Origin: a virus
Lineage: Duplodnaviria > Caudoviricetes
IMG/VR virus record: IMGVR_UViG_3300048623_000062
Span: 1-64,000 of that record
Strand: one strand, 5' to 3'
DNA: 64,000 bases
Shown here: positions 26,566 to 36,065 of the stretch, piece by piece
Numbering within the stretch: the first letter of the stretch is position 1
Layout of the letters: each line of letters begins with the position of its first letter
Notes under the pieces: model-generated
What the model was told of the DNA's origin: nothing
The model's database searches: none
Seen by the model: the letters and a program-made list of their open reading frames with translations, nothing else
Translations under genes and position numbers: made by a program

Positions 26566-26879
26566 CGGTTCTTTCCGAGCTCGTACCCGATCAGCGCCGG
26601 CACACCGAACAGCGCGGCGAGCGCGAGTGGGTACACCCATTTGTTCTGCTGCGCGAACGCGTACCCGCGTAGCGCTGGCATCAGGCTTCGCAGTCCGGCG
26701 CCGCCTGCCAGGTTCGGCGGCGTCGTGCCGCACGAGATCACCGGCTCACCGCGCTCGACGCTACGCAGTTGCCCAGCGATGCACACCGCCTCATTGAAGT
26801 ACGGGTCGTTGACGACGTTCGCCGCCGCCGAGATGGTGTCGCCGATGCCGCCCAGAGATGTTCTGCGTTGATACGTCAT
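26562..26879 (-). CDS. Virion membrane protein, MTY...GIGD leader
   Basis: C-terminal TM. Confidence 0.7.
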   Translation of the reverse strand: MTYQRRTSLGGIGDTISAAANVVNDPYFNEAVCIAGQLRSVERGEPVISCGTTPPNLAGGAGLRSLMPALRGYAFAQQNKWVYPLALAALFGVPALIGYELGKNR

Positions 26880-26892
26880 TTGGTGCTGGTGT

Positions 26893-27012
26893 GAAGTCGG
26901 CTGAGGTCGCCCGCCCGCGCTATCGCATCCTTCCCGGGATTTTGGTGACGACGCGAAGACAGAAACGTCGCCCTCATTGCGCTCGCACCGGCGAGCGACC
27001 TCAGCCGACTTC
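26893..27012. repeat. 18-bp perfect inverted repeat enclosing further hairpins (intergenic)
   Basis: GAAGTCGGCTGAGGTCGC 26893-26910 and GCGACCTCAGCCGACTTC 26995-27012. Confidence 0.85.
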
Positions 27013-27014
27013 GA

Positions 27015-27464
27015 TCACCGGCCTCCTTTGCGCATGAGGAACACGACACCCACGACGCCAGCGATCAAAAGGAGCGTCGACCTCGACATCCCACCAATCT
27101 GGTCGTCGCCGGACGCGGCGGGCAGCCCCAGCGCGTCGGCCATGCCGGAGACGGCGTTCGTAATCTCGGCCATGCGAGACGACACGAACGAGACCGGGTT
27201 GGCGAATGCGGCGTTTGCCGCCTCGATCGCTAGGCGCGAACCCTCGTCGTGGAACTGCGTGAACGAGTCGGTCGCCTTCCGCTGATAGATCAGGACCGCG
27301 GCCATCGCGAGCTCGGGCGTAACCTGGTTGCCGACCGGCAGCGGCGCGGTGATGAACTGGTACGGCACCTTCGCGGCCATGAACCGATTGACCTGGCGCG
27401 CCAAAACAGCGGCCGGGCCGGTGGCCTGGACACTGTCATCTCCCATGGGGCGCAGGTAAGTCAT
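27015..27464 (-). CDS. Virion membrane protein, MTY...MGD leader
   Basis: C-terminal TM LLLIAGVVGVVFLM-RK. Confidence 0.7.
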   Translation of the reverse strand: MTYLRPMGDDSVQATGPAAVLARQVNRFMAAKVPYQFITAPLPVGNQVTPELAMAAVLIYQRKATDSFTQFHDEGSRLAIEAANAAFANPVSFVSSRMAEITNAVSGMADALGLPAASGDDQIGGMSRSTLLLIAGVVGVVFLMRKGGR

Positions 27465-27468
27465 GGGC

Positions 27469-28092
27469 TTAGAGGTTCGTGATGCGGTAGCCGATGAGGT
27501 CGACGTGCAGCGTGCCTTCGGTGGGAGGGACGGCGCTGTTCCAGGTGAAGGCGAGGTAGTTCGGGCGGAACACGATCGTCGCGTTCGGCGACCACATGGT
27601 CGGGACCGGACACGGCACGATGTTGTCGGGCCGAGAGAACAGCGGGCCGCGCGGCGCGTTCTGCATGTTGCGCTGCGCGCCGCCGTCCTGCATCTCGTAC
27701 ATGAGATCGATGATGTCGGTGCCGACCTGCTGCGTCGGTAGCGGGAAGGTGGACACCGGGCGCCACCGGCCGAGGTTCGTGGCGCCGCTCGGCCCGCTCG
27801 GCCGCCATAGCGCCATCGGATAGTGCGTCATGATAAACGGGCCATCCTGCGACACCGTGATGATGATCGGCGCGCCAGCCTGGCCCTCATCGGAGGCGGT
27901 GAAGGTGACCTCGCCAGCGAGCACGCTCTCGATGCGGCGCCCCGGGATCCGGTCGATCTCTTCCTGGACCGAGGCCGGGCGCTCGTTGAGTTGGTTGAAT
28001 GCCTGGGCCAGTTGACCGATCTGCGCCTGCAGAGTGGTCAGCGCGGTCTTGTGGCTGCGGAGGATCGCGGCTTCGGCTTGCGACAGTGCCAT
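27469..28092 (-). CDS. Putative single jelly-roll capsid protein 2
   Basis: 207 aa; N-terminal coiled coil then beta-rich body (VTF...QDGPF...LHVDLIGYRI); tandem with a second such gene. Confidence 0.55.
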   Translation of the reverse strand: MALSQAEAAILRSHKTALTTLQAQIGQLAQAFNQLNERPASVQEEIDRIPGRRIESVLAGEVTFTASDEGQAGAPIIITVSQDGPFIMTHYPMALWRPSGPSGATNLGRWRPVSTFPLPTQQVGTDIIDLMYEMQDGGAQRNMQNAPRGPLFSRPDNIVPCPVPTMWSPNATIVFRPNYLAFTWNSAVPPTEGTLHVDLIGYRITNL

Positions 28093-28228
28093 GTCAGGAC
28101 TCCCTTTAGGTGGGGTTCCCGGAGATTCCGGGCTCGCCGAGCGAACTCGGCGGTGGGACAGACGTCTCAGATGGCAACTTCAGTTGTGGTGCCCGGCGAC
28201 CTGTTCAGGAGCCGTCGGGCGGCGCGTC

Positions 28229-28804
28229 CTACTGGACGTCGCGGGTCTGGAGACCGTCGAGCATGAACATGATGTTCTTCACGTCGTCGGTCGCGCCGCT
28301 GTTGAGTTGGTCCAGCGCGCTCGTGGTGCCGATCGCGAAGAAGTCCGCCTGGGCGGCGAAGTTCTGGCGAACCGGCACGATGATCGGGCGGGCCAGCTTC
28401 AGGATCGACGCCTGCTCGGGCGTGCCGTTCGAGAACACCGACTGCGAGGAGTCGAAGCCCCACACGCCACCACCGGCCGGGAAGTACCAGCACGGCGCCT
28501 GGAACATCGGCTTGGTGCCGACGGTCAGGGTCCAGAACAACTGGCTGGTGACGTTCAGGTAGTTGTCGCGGCGGTTGGTGCCATCGAAGTACTCGAAGCA
28601 CCGGATCGCCAGGATCACGTACGTCTGATCCGACGCCAACTGGCCGGCGGTCTGGAGGTTGGTCAGCGCGAGGTTGCCGATGTTCGCGTTGCCGAACAGC
28701 TTCGTCGAGTTGACGATCGGCGTGGTGGGGTCACCCGTGGTGCGGATGAGGGTGTCCCAGAGGGGCTGGTGGAGCCGCTCGCGGTATCCATGGAGACGAG
28801 GCAT
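28229..28804 (-). CDS. Putative single jelly-roll major capsid protein 1
   Basis: 191 aa; HQPLWDT...LF..TNLQTAGQL...YVILAIR...MLDGLQTRDVQ pattern; strong AAGGA RBS, structured leader. Confidence 0.6.
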   Translation of the reverse strand: MPRLHGYRERLHQPLWDTLIRTTGDPTTPIVNSTKLFGNANIGNLALTNLQTAGQLASDQTYVILAIRCFEYFDGTNRRDNYLNVTSQLFWTLTVGTKPMFQAPCWYFPAGGGVWGFDSSQSVFSNGTPEQASILKLARPIIVPVRQNFAAQADFFAIGTTSALDQLNSGATDDVKNIMFMLDGLQTRDVQ

Positions 28805-28929
28805 CTGTTTGTCCTTGCTATGTACGTTTGGTTCGGTGAGGGGCTGGAAGAATCTCCGGCGGTCACCAGGCGGGGGTCGCCCGCCGCATCTCAGATGTCG
28901 TGTCCGCGGGTGAACCGCGGGTAAGGCGA

Positions 28930-30240
28930 TCAGCCGCCGAACTTGCCGGCGAAGATGCCGTTGTAGAGTTGGCCCGGGTTGTCGTAGCTCGTACCGGCGG
29001 CCGGGATCTGCTTGGTGAACGACCTCGCCGGCACGGGCGCGAGGAACGACTGCGTCGGCACCGGCGCGAGCAGGTTGCCACCGCCACCCATGAGGCCGCC
29101 CATCGTGCCGCCGAGCTCCTCTTCGACGCCGAGTTCCTCCTCGAGGCCGAGCTCTTCCTCGACGCCATCACCGACCGCGATGTAGTCGGACAGCGTCATG
29201 CTGTCATTGATGGGCGTCGCGCCGACCGCGATGTAGTCGCCCATCTGGACGTAGTCGGACAGGCCGATCATCGACTTGACGCTCGCCGGAGCGAACGATC
29301 GGATGATGGACTCGAGCGCGCCCAGGCCGGTGCCCAGCAGGATGGCGTTCTTGTGCTTCGCCAGGAACCCCACCTTGCCAGCGCCCCAGTTCGCGAGCGC
29401 CATCGCACCGACCGACAGCACCGGGCCGGCGGCCGTACCGAGGAACGTCGCGCGCGCCGCGACCGAGCTCACGACGAACTTGCTGCCGTACAGCGCGGCG
29501 AACACCGGGATGGCGCTCTTGGCGATGTCGATCAGCCCCCCGAACATGCCGGGGTTGCGACGGTAGCGGCGGTGGCCACCACGGCGCATGCGCCGCGCGC
29601 CACGGCGGCGGCGCCGCACGGACCCACGCCGACGACGCCGGCTGCGCCGCCGTCCCGGGTTCGAGGCGTACGCGCCGGGGTGCGGAACACGGAGGGTGCG
29701 GGCGCTATGCGCCGAGTGCGTGCGCGTACTGCGCCGCGTGCGCGAGCTCTTGCGGCGCCGACGACGGCGCTTCGGAGCGCTCGCCTTGCGTGCGCGGCGC
29801 CGACGACGGCGCTTCGGAGCGCTCGCCTTGCGTGCGCGGCGCCGACGGGTCCGGCCGATGCCGCCGACCTTGCCGGCCTTCCGACGAGCTGCCCAGCGCC
29901 GCTTCATGGCGCGAGACCGCTTCGATGATTTCTTCCGCTTCGCCATAGTAGCTTTGCTCCTGCGGGCTCGACGGCCACGCTTTGTGCTGGTCGACTTGTG
30001 CGCGCGCCTGCGCTTGCGAGTTGGACTCTTCTTGGATGCGCGGCGGGCCTTCCAATACCGCGCAAGCGCGGCGGGCTGCCGGCGCTTCCTGCGCGACCCG
30101 CCGGCTTTAAGATGCGCCAGGTAGCGCTTGGATAGCGCGCGCCGCTTTCGGCGGGCTGGGTTCTTGATCACCGCTCTGCCGCGGACCCGAAGCCCGCGAC
30201 GCTTACCGTTGACGAAGAGGATGCCCACCTGATCGGACAT
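28930..30240 (-). CDS. Arg/Lys-rich core/DNA-condensing-like protein with hydrophobic middle and acidic C-terminus
   Basis: N-terminal half dominated by R/K, three NP motifs, 42-bp tandem repeat at 29752-29847, DYIAVG repeats, EEELG repeats. Confidence 0.65.
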   Translation of the reverse strand: MSDQVGILFVNGKRRGLRVRGRAVIKNPARRKRRALSKRYLAHLKAGGSRRKRRQPAALARYWKARRASKKSPTRKRRRAHKSTSTKRGRRARRSKATMAKRKKSSKRSRAMKRRWAARRKAGKVGGIGRTRRRRARKASAPKRRRRRRARKASAPKRRRRRRKSSRTRRSTRTHSAHSARTLRVPHPGAYASNPGRRRSRRRRRGSVRRRRRGARRMRRGGHRRYRRNPGMFGGLIDIAKSAIPVFAALYGSKFVVSSVAARATFLGTAAGPVLSVGAMALANWGAGKVGFLAKHKNAILLGTGLGALESIIRSFAPASVKSMIGLSDYVQMGDYIAVGATPINDSMTLSDYIAVGDGVEEELGLEEELGVEEELGGTMGGLMGGGGNLLAPVPTQSFLAPVPARSFTKQIPAAGTSYDNPGQLYNGIFAGKFGG

Positions 30241-30260
30241 CGAGGGTGGACATACTTAAG

Positions 30261-30515
30261 TCAACCCCCTATTTCGTCTTTCTTGCCACTGTCGTGACCG
30301 TCATCGGTCGGCAAGAAATCGCGCAGGACGATCACGAGACTGTCCTCATCGTCCAGCTTTTGATAGCTGCCAGGCTGGGTTAGACCGTCCAGCGCTTTGG
30401 ATAGTTGGTCGGCGGCACGGCCGATGCTCAAGTACGCGTCGATGGCACGGACGCACGCGGGGGATGCGCTGAGTTCTTGGCCGCCGCTACCCTCGGCAAA
30501 TCTGACGAACGACAT
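30261..30515 (-). CDS. Hypothetical protein
   Basis: ORF track, operon context. Confidence 0.5.
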   Translation of the reverse strand: MSFVRFAEGSGGQELSASPACVRAIDAYLSIGRAADQLSKALDGLTQPGSYQKLDDEDSLVIVLRDFLPTDDGHDSGKKDEIGG

Positions 30516-31034
30516 CTAGATATCCTTCCGTCGCCCGGTTAGGCGATCGCTGATCTTGCGAAGTGCGTTGCCGAGTTTCTCGTCGGCATCTGCGGCGGTC
30601 TTCGCGACGGTCTCCATGTTCTGGATGTACTCGCGGCGCTGGATGTTCTCCGCCTCGCGGGCGTCCTCGTAGAGCTTGCGGAGGTTTTCCGCCTCGCGGT
30701 GCGCGTACTCGGCGCGGAGCCGGTCATGGATGCCGTCGAGTCGAACGCGCTCCGCGGCCCACACCTCGCGCTCCTTGGCGTGATCGATGATGGCCTGATG
30801 TCGCGCCCCCTCGACTTCGGATATCCGCTTGCTGTGGGCGGTGGAAAGCGTCTCGAGTTGCTTGGCGTGCTCGGCGTCGAGTTTCTCGCGCGACTCCTCA
30901 GACTTCGCCATGCGGCCCGCGTAGTGCTTGAACAAAAAACCGACTGTCAGGGCTAGCGCGGTGACGGCGACGATCAGCGCGGAGTCGAGCGTGGACAGGG
31001 TGGACGGGTCGATATTCGGTGTCAGCGGGGTCAT
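30516..31034 (-). CDS. N-terminal TM plus coiled-coil protein
   Basis: ATG at 31034 overlaps upstream TGA; LIVAVTALALTVGFLF. Confidence 0.65.
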   Translation of the reverse strand: MTPLTPNIDPSTLSTLDSALIVAVTALALTVGFLFKHYAGRMAKSEESREKLDAEHAKQLETLSTAHSKRISEVEGARHQAIIDHAKEREVWAAERVRLDGIHDRLRAEYAHREAENLRKLYEDAREAENIQRREYIQNMETVAKTAADADEKLGNALRKISDRLTGRRKDI

Positions 31035-31555
31035 CCGTCGATTCCTCTCGGGTAGACGCCAAGCCCGCCGCCCCACATCATCGCGATCACCTTCGTGCGC
31101 GCCTCGATCACGATCAGGCAGTTGCCATCCGGCGTGGCGTAGAGCTCGGGATAGCCGCCCTTGCGGGTGGCGCGCATCTCCTGCTTGAACCCATCGGGCA
31201 TCTCGTACGAGAAGCCCAGGTTGATACCCAGACGGGTGAGCGCCGTGGCGTCGCGGAACTTCGCGGGCACATCCACCGCCGGACCGCCATCGGCATCCGC
31301 CGACGTGGGCAGGTACGTGTTCACGCCCGCGTCGTGCTCGTGGATGTAGTTGACCGGAGACCTGGGCTTGCGCAGTGTCTCCGGGTCGACCTTGGGCGAG
31401 CGGTAGGTCACCCACAGCGCCTTGCCAGCTCGGTACATGGTGCGCGGCATCTCGAATCCGCGACCGACGATGATGCGTTTGTGCCCGTAGCGGTGGAACT
31501 CCTCGTACTTGAGGATCGCCGCGTCGAGATCTTCGTTGTCATCGTCGTCGTGCAT
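31031..31555 (-). CDS. Putative virion structural protein
   Basis: YEEFH...VTYRSPK...YIHEH...PELY...GG.LGV..RGIDG; lies in structural block. Confidence 0.6.
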   Translation of the reverse strand: MHDDDDNEDLDAAILKYEEFHRYGHKRIIVGRGFEMPRTMYRAGKALWVTYRSPKVDPETLRKPRSPVNYIHEHDAGVNTYLPTSADADGGPAVDVPAKFRDATALTRLGINLGFSYEMPDGFKQEMRATRKGGYPELYATPDGNCLIVIEARTKVIAMMWGGGLGVYPRGIDG

Positions 31556-31557
31556 GA

Positions 31558-32283
31558 TCAGTCCTTGGCGAGGTACCGCTCCCACAGCAAGTACCCGCCC
31601 ACGACAAGCGCGGTGTACTTCAGGACTCGGTATAGGTCTGGGAGGTCGTTGGCCACCAGGACCGCGGTCTCTCCGATCGCCAGCACCGCGCCAATCAGCA
31701 GTTTTGCCGTCGACCATGCCTTGTCGAACGCGCGCTGAAAGGTGGCCAGGCTCCCGATCCACCACGGCGCGATGCACCCAACGACCGCGGCGGTTACCAT
31801 GCTCGACGAGCACGTCGCGAGCGAATCGACCACCCAGCGCTTGAGGCCCTGGGCGTTGACGAGTCGGATGCCGTTCTGATCGGCGTTGTTAGCCGCAGCC
31901 AGATAGCCGAGCGACCGCTCGCCCACGCGCGCCAGGTCGTTGACCGCGCGCATGATGCTGTCCTGCGATGCATTCGGCTCCGCGCGCGCCTGGTCGATCG
32001 CCACCTGCACGGTCCTCACCGTATCCATGACGTTGGCGACCTGCGTCCGAATCTCGTCGGGCGTATAGAACCCTGTCGGATTCCAGTTCGCCGACAAGTC
32101 GTTCACCTTGGCATCCATCGGAGCAAAGGTGGCATTCGCAAGCGCGATGCATTGCGCCTCGTCGCTGGGCCGTGTCGTCGGCAAGCCGAGATCGGCGTTG
32201 AGGTTGTTCATGAAGTCACCCCACCAGTCGCCGAGACTGGTGGGCTTGCGTAGACGCGTGCGCACTCGTCTGGTGTACGTCAT
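31558..32283 (-). CDS. Helical virion membrane protein, MTY...SLGD leader
   Basis: C-terminal TM; GGAG RBS before ATG at 32283. Confidence 0.7.
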   Translation of the reverse strand: MTYTRRVRTRLRKPTSLGDWWGDFMNNLNADLGLPTTRPSDEAQCIALANATFAPMDAKVNDLSANWNPTGFYTPDEIRTQVANVMDTVRTVQVAIDQARAEPNASQDSIMRAVNDLARVGERSLGYLAAANNADQNGIRLVNAQGLKRWVVDSLATCSSSMVTAAVVGCIAPWWIGSLATFQRAFDKAWSTAKLLIGAVLAIGETAVLVANDLPDLYRVLKYTALVVGGYLLWERYLAKD

Positions 32284-32591
32284 CGGAGAATTCTCCATGC
32301 AAGATATCCGAGCGCCGCGTACATCAGTAGCGATCGCGACGACAGCGCTTCGTCAGACCCGTCGAGGCTCGCGACACGGCCTTGCGGCAGTTCGCCGCTG
32401 CCTACCTTCGTCGCTCCCACGGGGAGTTTCCACGACGCACGCGACGGGGACACGCCAAAGTCGCCCTCGAGCCCCGGCCCCACAGGCTCGGGCGTCGCCT
32501 TCGACGGCGACCCGGCGTGAGTGCCGCCGGGTCCGGGCGCCTCGTAGTAGTCGTAGGCGCGCCGCGTGTAGTCGTAGACCGAGTACCGCAT
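32280..32591 (-). CDS. Virion membrane protein
   Basis: MRYSVYDY...; C-terminal TM. Confidence 0.65.
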   Translation of the reverse strand: MRYSVYDYTRRAYDYYEAPGPGGTHAGSPSKATPEPVGPGLEGDFGVSPSRASWKLPVGATKVGSGELPQGRVASLDGSDEALSSRSLLMYAALGYLAWRILR

Positions 32592-32596
32592 GGGGC

Positions 32597-32944
32597 CTAC
32601 CGGCGCCGCTTCTTTCCGAACATCTTCCATGCGACGAAGAGGCCAACCACGGCCAGCGTGGCCATACCGCCGGGCACCGACTCGACGATGCCGGCCAAGG
32701 CGCCACCGCCGCAGCCGCACGACCCGTGACAACTGCAGTCGCCCATCGGCGCCTGCCGCGTCACGCCGATCGGCTCGGGCGCACCGGGCGCCGGCAAGAT
32801 CGTTGATCCGTCGAGCGACGTCCCCTCGAGCGAGCCGAGACCACAGCATCCGAGCGCGGTCGCGTCGGCCGCGCGCGTCTGCTGCGGGATGCCGGTCTTC
32901 CAGTTGATGATGGAGCCACCACCGCGTTGATACGCAAACTTCAT
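32597..32944 (-). CDS. Cys-containing virion membrane protein (GLGS and MGD motifs)
   Basis: C-terminal TM plus KKRRR. Confidence 0.65.
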   Translation of the reverse strand: MKFAYQRGGGSIINWKTGIPQQTRAADATALGCCGLGSLEGTSLDGSTILPAPGAPEPIGVTRQAPMGDCSCHGSCGCGGGALAGIVESVPGGMATLAVVGLFVAWKMFGKKRRR

Positions 32945-33228
32945 GGGCAACCCTTCTTCTGCCCGAAGCCCTGGGCGATGGAAATTGGGACTGCGGCCAC
33001 TGGCACGAGCCGACCAGCGAGCCCGTAGATGAGCGCCCAGATGATCGACCCCGTGCGACGGTACCCGTGGTAGGTGAGCGCGATCGCGGATGCCGTCTTG
33101 ACCGGCTCGCTGGTCACGGCGCGGCGCAGGCTGAACGGTTCTGGGGCGGCGTCGGCTCCGAGCCCGTTGATCCCGACCGGCGCGACCACGATGCCGCCCC
33201 CACGAGTCCTGTATCGCTGATAGCGCAT
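32941..33228 (-). CDS. Virion membrane protein, MRY...GLGA leader
   Basis: GGGAGG RBS; hydrophobic C-half. Confidence 0.65.
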   Translation of the reverse strand: MRYQRYRTRGGGIVVAPVGINGLGADAAPEPFSLRRAVTSEPVKTASAIALTYHGYRRTGSIIWALIYGLAGRLVPVAAVPISIAQGFGQKKGCP

Positions 33229-33860
33229 TACTTCCTCCCTCGCTTGCGCTTGTTCATGAGCAGGTAGCCGATGCCACCAGCCACGCCGAGCAGGGCGAGT
33301 TTTTCGATGCCGGAGAGCGCAGCCAGCGACGCCATGACGCCGGCGTCCGGTGCCACGATCGTCTTGCCGCTCTTGGTCTGGATGGTGGGCACCGAGACCG
33401 CGAGCGGCCCCGAGACCGTCGCCGGCACGCCCAGCGTATCGGCCATCGCCCGCACCTGGGCGGCCAGGACATCGACGTCGGGCGCGACGCCCATGCAGGT
33501 CGACGGGTCGCCCATCACCGAGCCGGCGGACGCCGCCTGCACGCGGCGAAACAGCGCCAGCGTCGCGGGGCCGACCGAGCCGTCCACGACGATCTTGCCG
33601 AACCCCTTGGCCTGGGCGACGCGGTTGAGTTGCCGCTGAAACTCCTGCACCACCTTGAGAGCGGGGAAGTTCATCGGCTTGCACACGCCGTTCACCGTCA
33701 CGAAGTCCGCGGACGACGTGGTCGATCCGCCGTTGGCGGTCTGGTTCACGTTGTCCGACGGATCCGGCTCGACGGCCGAGAACGGTCCCAGGGCCTTGAG
33801 CAGGTCCGCGAGGCCGCCGTTGTCGTCGCCGACCGCGGAGCGATGTGCGAGGTACGTCAT
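33228..33860 (-). CDS. Peptidoglycan-binding-like domain with C-terminal TM, MTY...AVGD leader
   Basis: VQEFQRQLN...VDGSVGPAT motif. Confidence 0.7.
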   Translation of the reverse strand: MTYLAHRSAVGDDNGGLADLLKALGPFSAVEPDPSDNVNQTANGGSTTSSADFVTVNGVCKPMNFPALKVVQEFQRQLNRVAQAKGFGKIVVDGSVGPATLALFRRVQAASAGSVMGDPSTCMGVAPDVDVLAAQVRAMADTLGVPATVSGPLAVSVPTIQTKSGKTIVAPDAGVMASLAALSGIEKLALLGVAGGIGYLLMNKRKRGRK

Positions 33861-34330
33861 CGAGACCTCCGCTTCGAGAGCATGCAGTAGAGGATGTAGG
33901 CCCCGATCCCGTAGGTGACGATGCCGCCCGGAACTTCCGGCAGAAAGTCGAGCGGACCATCGACCGCAACCGGGAACGTCATCGGCTGGTAGGCCATCGC
34001 GACGGTCGGCTGGATACGGAAGCCCTTGCGCTCCGCATCGATCAGCGCCTTCACGTTGGCACCCCAGGACATTCGCTCCCAGTTCGGGCCAGCAACCTGC
34101 TCTAGAGCACGCTCAGTCGCCTCATCGAGCCGCCCGCTCACGAGCACGTCCATCGCCCCCAGCTTCCAGAGCGCTCGCTGGATCTGCTGGACGAGGATGA
34201 TGATCTGGCTGGCCTTGGGGTCCGTGGTGGCCGGAGCGACCATCATGTACGGGATGATGCCCGTAGCGTTGAAGTTCCCGACGCCGATGGCGGTCAGGAG
34301 CTCGCGCGATTCCATCGATGTCTCGCTCAT
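33857..34330 (-). CDS. Peptidoglycan-binding-like domain with C-terminal TM
   Basis: VQQIQRALWKLG...VSGRLDEATERAL. Confidence 0.65.
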   Translation of the reverse strand: MSETSMESRELLTAIGVGNFNATGIIPYMMVAPATTDPKASQIIILVQQIQRALWKLGAMDVLVSGRLDEATERALEQVAGPNWERMSWGANVKALIDAERKGFRIQPTVAMAYQPMTFPVAVDGPLDFLPEVPGGIVTYGIGAYILYCMLSKRRSR

Positions 34331-36054
34331 GACTTCTTCTTTTTCTTGGTCAGGAGGGCCACTGCTAGCACGCCGCCGCCCGCAACCAGCACCAGCGGCA
34401 GCACTGATTTCTTAACCACGACCGGCGGCGGTGGTGGCGGCGGTGGGGCGCCGTTGCACGCGCGCGCCGCCGCGCCAGCACCGGCATTTCCGGCCGCTGC
34501 GCCCGCAGCCGGATTGCCAACATAGGCCCCGGCAACGGCCCCGGCTGCGGCGCCGACGCCTGGCGTCGAGACGAGGTCGCACGTGAGGTCGCCGACCTTG
34601 CGGACGCCATCGGCGATGGTCTTGCCAACGACATGCGAGATCGCCTGCCCGATGCCGAGCGGGTCCGCGATCTTGATGAGCGTCTGTGGAAGCTTGATGA
34701 CCGTGTTGATGATCGACCCCCACGTGCTCACGTCCGGCACCTTGGACAGCCACACCCGCAACGCCTGTGGGTTCTCCGGTGACCAGTCCTTATAGTCAGT
34801 CCCAGGCCAAAAAATCATGTGCAACTGCAGGTTGTTCCCGTTGTTGGGATCCTGGAGGTATGCGACCGCCGTCCCAGGGTTGAACATATTCCTGGCCGTC
34901 AGGAGGTTCACCTTGGTTTCTGGCCCGATCCCGACTCTCGCGAGCATAGCGAGTTCTTCGGGCCGGAACGGCCGACGATGCTCGAGGTCCTTCAGGGGGC
35001 CATCCGGCTTGGTCAGCAAAAGTTCCCCGATGGCCTTCACCTGCTCATTCGTGAGCGTGCGAAGGTCGCGGGCCGCAAAATCCGGCTTGCGGCCACCTCG
35101 GTCAAGGTGCAGCGGCTGTCCCGATCCGGCGGCCACCGTAGGGCTCTGAAAGTTCATTCCGCCGATCGAGAACGTTCCCGGCGGTGGCGGTGGCTCTGAG
35201 ATGCCGCCCGGCGCACCGGTGCTCTTGGTGACGGTCCACGGTGTCCCGTCCGCCTTGCATGGCATCGGATTCGGGGCCACGCCCACGCGCACACGCACGA
35301 GATACCCACCCTTCCCATCGTCGACCCAGTTGTATCCCTCGGGCGGCAGGCAGTTGAGGGCCGGCTTGGCCGGCGCTGCCGTGTCGCCCATCGCCCCTGG
35401 TGAACGCATGTAGCACCCCAGGCCCAGGGACGTACCAGCCTGGGGTGCGACGCGACGAGCGCCCTTGGTGACGAGCTCGGCCGTGACGCCAGCGGCCATC
35501 GCGCGCGCGATTGCCAGTGGCAAGGCGTCCGCGGGCGATACACCATGCGCGAGGTAGCGACGAAAGATGTCCTGCGTCCGGTCGTACAGCGACTTGTCGA
35601 TGCGGCCCATGATCCCGCGGAGCGCGGTCTCCTGCTGGGCGCGCGGCAGCGTCGAGATCTGCGACAGGATCGCCTGAGCCGCCTTGGCGCCGTAGGTCTC
35701 CACCGCGGGGGGCAGTGGCTCGTCGCCGCTCAGCGGCTGCACCGTGACTTGACGGCCGCCGCCCGGCAGCGGGCGAGCCGCGACGAGCTTCGGGCGCTGG
35801 TTCAGCCACGGCGGGATCTTGGGGCCGGAATACGACCCCGAGGGCTGCCACTTCGTGGTGAACGTGCCCTGCCCGTACCCTTCATCGTCGATGTACTGCG
35901 GCACGGCGAAGCCGCCGTTGCCGACGCGCGGGTCATCGTAGGTGCCGCGCGGCATCTGCTTGGTGATGAACGCGCGGCGCTCGAGGCCCTCGTCGTCCAC
36001 GTTGTCCGGGATCGCGTACCCCGAGGACCATGGTGGTGGTAGGTTGTATGCCAT
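34327..36054 (-). CDS. Large virion membrane protein
   Basis: 575 aa; internal GAMGD; poly-Pro then C-terminal TM plus KKKKK. Confidence 0.7.
   Translation of the reverse strand: MAYNLPPPWSSGYAIPDNVDDEGLERRAFITKQMPRGTYDDPRVGNGGFAVPQYIDDEGYGQGTFTTKWQPSGSYSGPKIPPWLNQRPKLVAARPLPGGGRQVTVQPLSGDEPLPPAVETYGAKAAQAILSQISTLPRAQQETALRGIMGRIDKSLYDRTQDIFRRYLAHGVSPADALPLAIARAMAAGVTAELVTKGARRVAPQAGTSLGLGCYMRSPGAMGDTAAPAKPALNCLPPEGYNWVDDGKGGYLVRVRVGVAPNPMPCKADGTPWTVTKSTGAPGGISEPPPPPGTFSIGGMNFQSPTVAAGSGQPLHLDRGGRKPDFAARDLRTLTNEQVKAIGELLLTKPDGPLKDLEHRRPFRPEELAMLARVGIGPETKVNLLTARNMFNPGTAVAYLQDPNNGNNLQLHMIFWPGTDYKDWSPENPQALRVWLSKVPDVSTWGSIINTVIKLPQTLIKIADPLGIGQAISHVVGKTIADGVRKVGDLTCDLVSTPGVGAAAGAVAGAYVGNPAAGAAAGNAGAGAAARACNGAPPPPPPPPVVVKKSVLPLVLVAGGGVLAVALLTKKKKKS
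35511..35523. repeat. Dispersed palindrome copy
   Basis: TTGCCAGTGGCAA inside CDS. Confidence 0.9.
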
Positions 36055-36065
36055 TTCGTTGTCCT

